A stretch of DNA of 64,000 bases from Phycisphaerales bacterium. GTDB lineage: Bacteria > Planctomycetota > Phycisphaerae > Phycisphaerales > UBA1924. Location of the stretch: the NCBI GenBank assembly GCA_029260475.1, contig JAJDDE010000124.1, forward strand, positions 10,335 through 74,334, written 5' to 3'. Each line of letters opens with the position of its first letter. Position 1 is the stretch's first letter. This document shows, piece by piece, positions 1 to 7,746 of the stretch. The notes beneath the pieces were generated by a model. It worked only from the letters and a program-made list of their open reading frames with translations. It was not told where the DNA came from and did not search any database. A program made the position numbers and the translations under genes.

Positions 1-931
1 CCGTCACTTCACCGGCGATGAACTGCGGGTCCGCGTTGTTTCCGGAGTGCAGGTAACGCCGGACCCCGCCGCCGAGGTTGCTGATCGTGCTGAGCAGGTC
101 GGGGAAGCCGTCCCCGTTGATGTCGGCGATCGCGACGCTGCTGATCCGGGTCCCGCTGTCGCCCACGATCCGTGAACTGGGCTCGTACTCCCCCGTCTGT
201 TGGTTGAAAAGCCAGCGAGAGAAGATGCCCCGGTTCGCGTTCCCGGCGGTGGGTCGCTCCCCCGTGATGAACTCCTTGAAGCCGTCACCATTGAGGTCGC
301 CTGCCCGGATACGGGCCGCACCCGCGCGGGGCGCGAACGTGGTCTCCGTGAACGTCAGCATACCGCCCGGGAGCAGATCGTTCGTGTAAATCCGCACCCC
401 ATCGAACGTGCCGTCCTCCGCCGTGAGGGCGACGAGCACATCGAGATCGCCGTCGTTGTCCATATCCGCAGCGGTGACACCCGAATCGATCACCCCCGTG
501 GGCGAAGCGCCGGGGTAGATGAAGTCGTCGATCAGGCGCTGTGTGAAGCCAGGCGGCGATGCGCCGTTGTTCTGGAACCAGTACGCCCCGTCGAGCGTGC
601 CGACGAGCACGTCGTTGTCCCCGTCGTTGTCAAGGTCACCGAGGAAGAGCTGATCTGGCTTTGTGAGTGCCGTGTTGATGTCGTAGATGGTCGGGAAGAC
701 GGGGACGTCGGCGCCCTCGTTCTCGTACCAGCGGATGCCTTGGTCGTTCCAAAAAGTGACGACGAGGTCGACATCCCCGTCACCGTCCATGTCGGCGGCC
801 TCGACGTCGCGCGGGTCGTCAGACCCTGGGCGGCTCAACACCGTCGTTGTAAATGTCGGTTGCGCGAGGGCGTGCGTCGCCAGCGAGGCAAGCAGCAACG
901 CCGCGGGGATGGTCTTGAGTATTTGATTCAC
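1..931 (-). CDS. FG-GAP/VCBS-repeat secreted protein (3' end runs off the window start)
   Basis: My own minus-strand translation from GTG at 929-931 gives VNQILKTIPAALLLASLATHALAQP, a signal peptide. Repeated Ca-binding FG-GAP motifs follow: AADMDGDGDVDLVV..WYENEG, GDLDNDGDNDVLV..WFQNNG, ADMDNDGDLDVLV, GDLNGDGFKEF, ADINGDGFPDLL. It is absent from the ORF track because it has no stop inside the window. Confidence 0.8.
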   Translation of the reverse strand, partial: MNQILKTIPAALLLASLATHALAQPTFTTTVLSRPGSDDPRDVEAADMDGDGDVDLVVTFWNDQGIRWYENEGADVPVFPTIYDINTALTKPDQLFLGDLDNDGDNDVLVGTLDGAYWFQNNGASPPGFTQRLIDDFIYPGASPTGVIDSGVTAADMDNDGDLDVLVALTAEDGTFDGVRIYTNDLLPGGMLTFTETTFAPRAGAARIRAGDLNGDGFKEFITGERPTAGNANRGIFSRWLFNQQTGEYEPSSRIVGDSGTRISSVAIADINGDGFPDLLSTISNLGGGVRRYLHSGNNADPQFIAGEVT

Positions 932-1620
932 GCGTCATCCCCGCACTCTGTGCGTTCGAAGTCCTGGCTGCAGCGGCTGAAATCACCGAGATCGATGGGG
1001 CCGTCCGCGTTGAAGTCGCAGACGGGGTCGTACGAGTCATCCCCGGCGGTCGCCCCGAAGGCAGCACCGAAGATCGAGAAACCATCCATGTCGGCAGCGA
1101 ACACGGCCATCCGTAGAGCAGTACGCGGCCCGCCGGGATTCATTCCGCCGTATCGGTAGTCATCGATGAGATGCGCCGTGAAAGTGGGCGGCGAGCCGCC
1201 CTCGTTCTCGAGCCAGCGGAGCCTGCCGTCGATAGTCCCGTTTGCTGACACAATGTCTGTGTCGCCGTCCCCGTCGAGGTCGGCGGCGAAGACCGAATAG
1301 ACACGACGGTCTGGGTCGGTGAAGACGTCGATCGCCGTGAAAGAGGGTGGCACCTCACCATTGTTCTCGTGCCAGCACACGGTCCAGTCGCCGAACGAAC
1401 CCGAGATCAGGTCCGCGTCGCCGTCCGCGTCGAGATCGGCGGCGAAGACCGTATAAGCGCCATCGGCCGGCGGCGTGAGGTCGGTGCTCGAGAAGGTCGG
1501 CTGCGCATGGACGCTCGTGATGAGTCCCGTCAGCACCAAGCCAATGACAGAGGCTCCACAATTCTTGATTGCCACAAATTCTCTCCTCTTGGTCGCCGAG
1601 CCTCGCGCGTGAAAATTCAT
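928..1620 (-). CDS. FG-GAP repeat secreted protein with C-terminal dockerin/EF-hand-like Ca loop
   Basis: Track ORF is 928..1695. The likely start is ATG 1620, or GTG 1575 preceded by GGAGAG. It has a signal peptide (SVIGLVLTGLITSVHAQP) and FG-GAP repeats: FAADLDADGDADLISG..WHENNG, FAADLDGDGDTDIVS..WLENEG, FAADMDG. The C-terminus carries DFNADGPIDLGDF. Its TGA overlaps the next gene's GTG (GTGA at 928-931). Confidence 0.8.
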   Translation of the reverse strand: MNFHARGSATKRREFVAIKNCGASVIGLVLTGLITSVHAQPTFSSTDLTPPADGAYTVFAADLDADGDADLISGSFGDWTVCWHENNGEVPPSFTAIDVFTDPDRRVYSVFAADLDGDGDTDIVSANGTIDGRLRWLENEGGSPPTFTAHLIDDYRYGGMNPGGPRTALRMAVFAADMDGFSIFGAAFGATAGDDSYDPVCDFNADGPIDLGDFSRCSQDFERTECGDDA

Positions 1621-1725
1621 GAGCGGCGACTCCAGCGCATCATCCAAAGCGCTTACGGCTACTATCATGCTGTAGATCGATCGCCGGAGCAACACTCATG
1701 CGCGATCTGACGTGTCTCGGGGCAC

Positions 1726-4662
1726 TCATGGGCGCACCCCCCGGGACTCCAGCGTGCGTGAACCCCACGCTGCAGCCGATTCCGCATGCCCCGATCCGGG
1801 CTGCTGCTGGTCCCACACTTCGTAGAGGTGAACGAGCGTGCGCACCGCAGCGTTCACGGCATCGTGAGCGTCGCCGAGCTCTTCCCGAAGCGCACGCTCG
1901 TGTTGTAGGGCGATCGACTCCGCGAGCTCGAACTGCGCGGCATCGATCAAGGCGGTCACGATCGCGGCACGCACCGTTCGGGATGGATCACCGGCCGTGC
2001 CGTGCACACGTTCCGCGAGGCGCAAGGCTTCTTCAAACCAGCTGATCGACTCGTCGGCACGATCTGTCTGGGCGAAGACGGTCGCTAAATCAATCATCGC
2101 GCCAGTTGTGAGGTGATGGCTCTCCCCGAGGGTTCTCCCGGCGGTCGCGATCACCTCTCGCAGGTATGGCTCCGCCTCGTCGAGCCGTCCTTCTGCCTGC
2201 AGCAGGAACCCGACATTGATGATGCCGGTGAGGGTGTCGCCATGCTCGTTGCCGAGCACGCGCCTGGTAGCTTCCAGTGCACGCTTCTGGCAGTGGATGG
2301 CGCCTTCTGCGTCGCCGACGAAGTACAACCCGTATCCGAGGTTGTTGAGAGCGTTCATGGTGTTGGGATGCTCATCGCCCAGCCGCTCGGAAAACACCGT
2401 GTGGGCGGCTCGCAAATGCGGGATCGCATCTTCGTAGCGCTGACTCGCGAGCATGAGGTCCGCCAGATTGCTTGACGCAATCAGCGCGTGATCGCTCTCG
2501 CTCGCCCGGAATCGTCGGTCACGTTCGATCGAGGCGAGGAGAACACGCTCGGCCTCTTCAAGATCGCCCCGACGCACCAATACGAAGCCGAGGTTGTTGA
2601 GCGCGGTCAGTGTCTCGTGGTGCCCTTCGCCCAGCTGCGCATCACCGATGCGCAGAGCCTCTCTGAACCCAGTCTCGGCCTCATCGAGCCGCCCCGCGTC
2701 ACGGAGTGTCTGGGCGTGCTCGTTGATCGCATGAACCGTGAGCGCATCACTATCGCCCAACGCATCCCGGCATCGTTTGATCGCTTCTCGGAGTACGCCC
2801 TCTGATCGTTCGAGCTCTCCCAGTGAGCGAAGCAACGCACCTGAGCGGATCAGTGACGCGAGCGTCTCGGGATGGTCTGCACCGAGTGATGACTCCCGCA
2901 GGCTGAGTGCCTCCGCCTGAGGTCGCTCGGCACGGTCGAACAAGCCGATGTCGCGCAGCGTGTTCGCGCTGGATTGGAGCAACCGGGCACGCAGCACCGG
3001 TTGTTCTGAGAAACGCTGGTCAATGGCCCTGAGTGTCGGATCGAACAGCCCTCGCCCAAGCGTCGCCACCGCGACGTTCGTGAAATTGACATCAGAGAGT
3101 GCGCTGATGGCTCGCTCGTTGTCCGACGCTAAGGCGTCTTCGACCGCCGCGCGCCGGATGATGCCGCCGAGCACGCTCGGCTCGACGTCGCTGAGTCGCT
3201 CGCGTTGGAAGTCCATCATGGCTTGGAGTTCGTTCGAACGATCCTGCGCGGCCCGTGCTGCGGTCTGTGCCGTTTCGCGTTGCTCGGCCTCGGCGGAAGC
3301 CGCTCCCCGTGCGATCTCTGCCTGGCGTCTGGCTTCGACGAGGCCGTAGGTCGTTCCCGCGAGCCCGCCGAGAAGAAGGACCAGGCCGACGGAAGCCGCG
3401 AGAACACCCGCGCGATTCCGTTTGACAAACTTACCGGTTCGGTACATCAGGCTCGGCGGCCCCGCAAAGACCGGTTGATCCTCCAGATAACGCCGGACAT
3501 CTTCTGCGAGCGCGCTGGACGTGGCGTAACGACGCGTGCGATCCTTCTCGAGGCACTTCATCACGATCCAGTCGAGGTCGCCGCGCAGCACCGTGCTGAG
3601 GCTGCGGCGATCGGATCGGTGCTGTTGGGCGGTCTTCTCAGCGGACTCACCCAAGAGCCGAAACCGTGTGCTGGGAGTGTCTGGATCCTCCTCGCGGATG
3701 ATGCGCATCAGCTCTGCAACGCCGCTCTTCAGCAGTTCACGCCCATCGAATGGGGTGGTGCCGGTGAGCAATTCGTACAGCAGCACGCCCAGCGAATACA
3801 CATCGGAGCGTGTGTCGATGTCGAGGCCGGACATCTCCGCTTGTTCGGGCGACATGTACGCCGGCGTACCGATCATCTGGCGGTGCTGTGTGTAGATTGT
3901 CTTCTGTGTCAGCTCCTGATTCGTCGCCTTCGCGATGCCGAAATCGATCACCTTTGCGACCGGCACACCGTCGTGCAATGTCACCAGCACGTTCGACGGC
4001 TTGATGTCTCGATGGATGACGCCCTTCTGATGGGCGTGCTGGATCGCGTGACACACGCTCGTGAAAAGCTCCAATCGTGCCGGTGTCCCGATGCGCTCGG
4101 TGTCGCAGTACTCCAGTATGGAAACGCCTCGGACCAATTCCATCACGAAGAACGGCCGCCCCGTTTCGGACGCGCCCGCGTCGAACACCTTCGCGATGTT
4201 GGGATGGTCCATCATCGCGAGCGCCTGGCGCTCGGCCTCGAATCGGGCGATGACCTGCTCGGTGTCCATCCCGAGCTTGATGATCTTGAGCGCGATGCGT
4301 CGCTTCACCGGTTCCCGCTGCTCTGCGGCCCACACCGTACCGAAGCCGCCCTCACCAATCCGCTCAAGGAGTTTGTAGCGACCGATCATCTGACCGATGC
4401 GCTCGCCACCGATCGATGCTGTGTCGCGCCGCGCTTCGAGCGTGCTGGCTGCCTCGCCCGCGTCCGCATGCGTCGGCTTCGCAAAGAAGCGACCCGCCTC
4501 GGCATCGGCGTTCAGCAGCGCCTCGACCTCGGCGCGGAGCACCGGATCGTTGGCACACGCCTTCGCAAGCGCGTCCCCACGTTGAGCGGGGGACAACTCG
4601 ACGACCTCCATGAACACGCGCCGGGCGTCGTGCCCTCGCTGATGTCTCTGTTGGTCGGTCAT
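1726..4662 (-). CDS. Ser/Thr protein kinase - TM - TPR repeat protein
   Basis: Track ORF is 1726..4722. I take the start at ATG 4660-4662, which overlaps the sigma-factor stop (ATGA). Hanks motifs are present: GEGGFGTVW, ALKIIK, HRDIKPSNVL, DFGIAK, GTPAYMSPE. One TM segment (VLAASVGLVLLLGGLAGTTYGLV) is followed by about 500 aa of TPR_12-like repeats (NNLG...G..EEA). Confidence 0.9.
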   Translation of the reverse strand: MTDQQRHQRGHDARRVFMEVVELSPAQRGDALAKACANDPVLRAEVEALLNADAEAGRFFAKPTHADAGEAASTLEARRDTASIGGERIGQMIGRYKLLERIGEGGFGTVWAAEQREPVKRRIALKIIKLGMDTEQVIARFEAERQALAMMDHPNIAKVFDAGASETGRPFFVMELVRGVSILEYCDTERIGTPARLELFTSVCHAIQHAHQKGVIHRDIKPSNVLVTLHDGVPVAKVIDFGIAKATNQELTQKTIYTQHRQMIGTPAYMSPEQAEMSGLDIDTRSDVYSLGVLLYELLTGTTPFDGRELLKSGVAELMRIIREEDPDTPSTRFRLLGESAEKTAQQHRSDRRSLSTVLRGDLDWIVMKCLEKDRTRRYATSSALAEDVRRYLEDQPVFAGPPSLMYRTGKFVKRNRAGVLAASVGLVLLLGGLAGTTYGLVEARRQAEIARGAASAEAEQRETAQTAARAAQDRSNELQAMMDFQRERLSDVEPSVLGGIIRRAAVEDALASDNERAISALSDVNFTNVAVATLGRGLFDPTLRAIDQRFSEQPVLRARLLQSSANTLRDIGLFDRAERPQAEALSLRESSLGADHPETLASLIRSGALLRSLGELERSEGVLREAIKRCRDALGDSDALTVHAINEHAQTLRDAGRLDEAETGFREALRIGDAQLGEGHHETLTALNNLGFVLVRRGDLEEAERVLLASIERDRRFRASESDHALIASSNLADLMLASQRYEDAIPHLRAAHTVFSERLGDEHPNTMNALNNLGYGLYFVGDAEGAIHCQKRALEATRRVLGNEHGDTLTGIINVGFLLQAEGRLDEAEPYLREVIATAGRTLGESHHLTTGAMIDLATVFAQTDRADESISWFEEALRLAERVHGTAGDPSRTVRAAIVTALIDAAQFELAESIALQHERALREELGDAHDAVNAAVRTLVHLYEVWDQQQPGSGHAESAAAWGSRTLESRGVRP

Positions 4663-5240
4663 CGTGTCCATCCGTTGTCTTCGCTCAGTTCTCGAAACAG
4701 CTTGGCGCGGGCGTACGACCACATGCGTCCCGCAGTCCGTGGCGAGACCCCAAGGGCGAGCGCGGTCTCTTCAACGCTCAACCCTGCGAAAAACCTGAAG
4801 CGAACGATCGTCGCCGCCTCGGGGTCCTCAGCCTCCAAGCGGACGAGGGCCGATTCGACTGCCAAGATTTGTTCAGATCGTGCGGAGGCGAGTGTCCCGA
4901 CGTCCCCGATGTCCTCAAGCCGAGCCCCAACCCCACCTCGCGCAGCCTTCGCCCTCGCATGGTCGATCAGGATCCGGCGCATCGCTTGAGCTGCTGCGGC
5001 ATAAAAGTGTGCACGACCAGACCACGGTATCTCTCGCGGCCCCACCAACCTGAGGTACGCCTCGTGGACGATGGCGGTCGCCGAGAGTGTGTGTCCCTCT
5101 CGTTCTGAGGCGAGTTGAAGTTGGGCGGCCTGCCGCAACTGGTCGTAGACCAAGGGAAGAAGCTCTTCGGCGGCCTCAGAGTATCCCTTCGACGCGCTGC
5201 GCAGAAGCGCATCGATGCTCGGTCTCTGCATTGCACCCAT
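4659..5240 (-). CDS. ECF-type RNA polymerase sigma factor (planctomycete/acidobacterial Sigma70_ECF, TIGR02999-like)
   Basis: 193 aa. Region 2 reads TLSATAIVHEAYLRLVG. The region 4 HTH reads LSVEETALALGVSPRTAGRMWSYARAKL. The stop overlaps the kinase start. Confidence 0.85.
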   Translation of the reverse strand: MGAMQRPSIDALLRSASKGYSEAAEELLPLVYDQLRQAAQLQLASEREGHTLSATAIVHEAYLRLVGPREIPWSGRAHFYAAAAQAMRRILIDHARAKAARGGVGARLEDIGDVGTLASARSEQILAVESALVRLEAEDPEAATIVRFRFFAGLSVEETALALGVSPRTAGRMWSYARAKLFRELSEDNGWTR

Positions 5241-5349
5241 AATTTAAGTGTACTGGAAGATGGGTTCACGATCGCAGCAAATTGGTGCGTTCGCGCGGCA
5301 CCGCATCACACGATCGGCGCGTAGCAGCCACCCTCCATGTCTAATCCAC

Positions 5350-6729
5350 TCACTCGATCCCGCCCAACCCCAACTCCTCCCGCAGCCCATCCAACGCCCT
5401 GAACATGGGCCCAAACGCCGGGAGCGTGTAATGCTTCTTCACGCCACCTTCTCCGTGAGCCAGGTACTGTGACGACAGGTGGGGGTGTTCGGGGTTGGCC
5501 TGCTCGATGAGGTTGGCTCCGGTGGAGCGGAGGTGCCGGAAAGATCGGCCGTCCCTGTTGATCCCCGCCTCGATGACCTGGTCACGGAAGAGAATGGACA
5601 CATAGGTGTCCGTTCGGCCGTCTTGCCACAGCACGTCCCCTCTACGTGATCGCAGCAGCACGTCGTCTGCGGCTTTCGTCTTGCGCTTCTTCAGCAGCTC
5701 GATCGTCTCCGGCCAGAGCTTGTGCACCTGCGGGATCGACGTCTTGTGGCGCGTGCGCTGTATGACGCCCTTCTCGAAGTCGACGTGCTCGTGCTGGAGC
5801 GTGCCCATGTCCGCGAGCGTGTAGCCGCAGTTCAACCCCAGCAGCATGTAGAGCCGTAGCTCATCGGTCGCCAGTTCCCAGATCTTCCGCAGCTCGGAGA
5901 TCTCCCAGTGCTTCGGGGCGGGCCGGTCCTGCTTGACCGAGGCGTAGTCACTCCCCACGGTCCTCGGCATCTCCTTGAAGTGCTCGTGCTTGTACAGCCA
6001 CGCGGCGAACTGTTTGGCCTTCAGCAGCCGGTCCCTGACCGTGCGCTGCTTGGATCCGTTCCCGATCCGCTTCAGCATGTCGATCTGGTAGGCCGCGAAG
6101 CATTTGGGCCGCAGGTCGGCCACCGTCACGAGCTTCTTCTGCTCGCACCACGCCTTGAACGCTCCCATGCTGGTTTGGTACTGGAGGGCGGTGCTCTGCG
6201 CGATCTGCTTTGCGTCGGCGCGTTGGAAGTGAAAGGCGACGAACTCGTCGATCAGGGTGCCGATCTGAGGCGATTCGAGCCCCTCCGCTTCCTCCTCGGT
6301 CATGTCGGCGACCGCGGCCAGACCCAATCGCCCGAACTCCGTGCTCTCGATGTTCTCGCGTGTGGGGTATTCGGGATCGTCTTCGGGCAGCCCGATGTCA
6401 CCGCCCATGGCGACGATGGGGTAATCGCGGTTCATGCGTTGACCGCGACGCTCGAGCTCGTCCGCTCCGTCTCGTGCTGATTCGTGGAGCTGCCGCATGC
6501 GCTGGGCGGATTCATTGCGCTCGGTGCCGGCCTGCACAACCAGCGTGCCCTGTTCCTCACGTTCGAGCTTTTGCTCGAGTTGATTCCACTCCTCGAGCGC
6601 GGCCTGGTACCCCCGCAGGTCGCTCTTCCCGCTGCACCGGCCCTGGCCGAGGTAGTGCACCTGGCCCTTGCGCTTCTTCTTCCAGCACTTGCGCGGTGCG
6701 AACCACGTCAGCTCAAATTTGCGAGGCAT
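5350..6729 (-). CDS. Tyrosine recombinase / phage-type integrase
   Basis: 459 aa. The C-terminal catalytic region shows RTRHKT, FRHLRSTGANLIE (H-x-x-R) and HGEGGVKKHYT (catalytic Tyr). It is visibly less GC-rich than its neighbours and lies about 350 nt from the 3' end of tRNA-Arg. Confidence 0.85.
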   Translation of the reverse strand: MPRKFELTWFAPRKCWKKKRKGQVHYLGQGRCSGKSDLRGYQAALEEWNQLEQKLEREEQGTLVVQAGTERNESAQRMRQLHESARDGADELERRGQRMNRDYPIVAMGGDIGLPEDDPEYPTRENIESTEFGRLGLAAVADMTEEEAEGLESPQIGTLIDEFVAFHFQRADAKQIAQSTALQYQTSMGAFKAWCEQKKLVTVADLRPKCFAAYQIDMLKRIGNGSKQRTVRDRLLKAKQFAAWLYKHEHFKEMPRTVGSDYASVKQDRPAPKHWEISELRKIWELATDELRLYMLLGLNCGYTLADMGTLQHEHVDFEKGVIQRTRHKTSIPQVHKLWPETIELLKKRKTKAADDVLLRSRRGDVLWQDGRTDTYVSILFRDQVIEAGINRDGRSFRHLRSTGANLIEQANPEHPHLSSQYLAHGEGGVKKHYTLPAFGPMFRALDGLREELGLGGIE

Positions 6730-6750
6730 CTCGGCTCCGATCGGTCATCC

Positions 6751-6949
6751 GTATCCCCCAGTGATGCCGCGCGGACTCTCGACGGCAACCGCCAATCGAC
6801 CAGACGGCGTCCCGGTGGTATCCCTTCCGGTATCCCCGGGCAGTCGTGTGTGACCGCGTTCGGGGCGTCGGATCATACCCGATCAGAGGCCGATTCTGTA
6901 TCCCTTTCGTATCCCTTCTGTATCCCCCATGTATCCCTTTGGGGGATAC
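6751..6949. repeat. Array of GTATCCC heptamers (7 direct copies plus 1 inverted copy)
   Basis: Direct copies start at 6751, 6818, 6830, 6898, 6909, 6920 and 6931. The last four are spaced exactly 11 bp apart. An inverted copy, GGGATAC, lies at 6943-6949 and forms GTATCCC-TTTGG-GGGATAC with the copy at 6931. Confidence 0.9.
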
Positions 6950-7039
6950 AGCGGGAGAATCGCAATCGCGGATCATCGTCCGCTTTGGGAATCGACAGGG
7001 TCGCCTAAGGGATCGTAAGCCCGGTATTTGCAGTGGTTT

Positions 7040-7075
7040 ACGAAAAGAAAACGCCCCCTCTGTGAGGGGGCGTTT
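7040..7075 (-). terminator. Rho-independent terminator downstream of tRNA-Arg
   Basis: A 12-bp stem pairs 7049-7060 (AAACGCCCCCTC) with 7064-7075 (GAGGGGGCGTTT) around a 3-nt loop. On the minus strand it is followed by TTTTCTTTTCG. Confidence 0.75.
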
Positions 7076-7079
7076 CAAG

Positions 7080-7153
7080 CACGGGCGGCAGGAGTCGAAC
7101 CTGCAACCTCCTGATCCGTAGTCAGGTGCTCTATCCAATTGAGCTACGCCCGC
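7080..7153 (-). tRNA. tRNA-Arg (anticodon ACG)
   Basis: The minus strand reads GCGGGCGTAGCTCAATTGGATAGAGCACCTGACTACGGATCAGGAGGTTGCAGGTTCGACTCCTGCCGCCCGTG. It folds with a 7-bp acceptor (G1-U72 wobble), a D arm GCTC/GAGC, an anticodon stem CCTGA/TCAGG with loop CTACGGA, and a T arm GCAGG-TTCGACT-CCTGC. No CCA is encoded. Confidence 0.92.
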
Positions 7154-7391
7154 GTGTGTGGCACGAGGCCGTGCGTGGGCCGCCCTTTCGGGCAGCGGAA
7201 GTGGAGAATACGCCCTTCTCGGGAGGCGGACAAGGGTGTCGTGGCAATCTGGTGGGTCATGCCCCTTGAGATCCGTCGGGAAGGTGCGAAGATTCCCGTC
7301 CTGACGCCCGAGCGGTGGGTTCGGCCCGTCAGATCGTCCACCCAGCCCGCCCGACCCCGCCGAGGACCGCCTCGGCACGGAGCCCGATTCG

Positions 7392-7661
7392 ATGGCCAAC
7401 ACCGTCTCCTCCCGCAAGCGCGTCCGTCAGAACATCCGCAGCCGTATGCGCAACCGCTGGCGCATGAAGACGCTGCGCGACGCCCTCAAGCAGTTCGAAG
7501 ACGCCGTCATCCACTCCGAGACGGACAAGGCCAAGGAGAGCTACAAGCTCGCCTCCAAGCTGCTCGACAAGAGCGCGAGCAAAGGCGTGATCCACAAGAA
7601 CAACGCCGCCCGCAAGAAGAGCCGCCTCAACACGCGGCTCAAGAAGCTCGTCCAGGCCTGA
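7392..7661 (+). CDS. rpsT: 30S ribosomal protein S20
   Basis: 89 aa and basic. The sequence MANTVSSRKRVRQNIRSRMRNRWRMKTLRDALKQF...NNAARKKSRL is typical of S20. Confidence 0.95.
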   Translation: MANTVSSRKRVRQNIRSRMRNRWRMKTLRDALKQFEDAVIHSETDKAKESYKLASKLLDKSASKGVIHKNNAARKKSRLNTRLKKLVQA

Positions 7662-7688
7662 ACGCCCGGACAACCCGTTTGCCAACGA

Positions 7689-7720
7689 CGCGCCGCCCGA
7701 GGACGATGGGCGGCGTTTTC
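7689..7720 (+). terminator. Rho-independent terminator after rpsT
   Basis: Stem CGCCGCCC (7691-7698) pairs with GGGCGGCG (7708-7715) around a 9-nt loop, followed by TTTT (7716-7719). Confidence 0.75.
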
Positions 7721-7746
7721 ATGCGCACCCCGAAGGGAGCACGCCC

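Noticed and set aside
3205-4989. A long plus-strand ORF of 594 aa. Many similar long ORFs appear in the track: 200..1159+, 7639..8994-, 11184..12848+, 13794..14879-, 15711..16937-, 17590..18633+, 24826..26376-, 27148..28248-, 37437..38804-, 41421..42812-, 44480..45586-, 47266..48549+, 50066..51169-, 53110..54474-, 54906..55901-, 56686..58014-, 58413..59375-.
   Set aside because: All lie antisense to, or out of frame with, genes that carry clear family motifs. Their translations are Arg/Ala/Gly/Pro-rich low-complexity strings, typical of stop-poor alternative frames in high-GC DNA.
1-5349. A search by eye for a second copy of the tRNA-Arg 3' segment (GGAGTCGAACCTGCAACC...), which would mark the distal att site of an island.
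   Set aside because: I found no convincing match inside the window. The island boundary claim is therefore kept as a hypothesis that needs the flanking sequence.
6713-7417. A 234-aa minus-strand ORF spanning the integrase upstream region, tRNA-Arg and the rpsT leader.
   Set aside because: It runs straight through a tRNA gene and its terminator. It has no coding-like composition and overlaps the GTATCCC array, which reads as non-coding.
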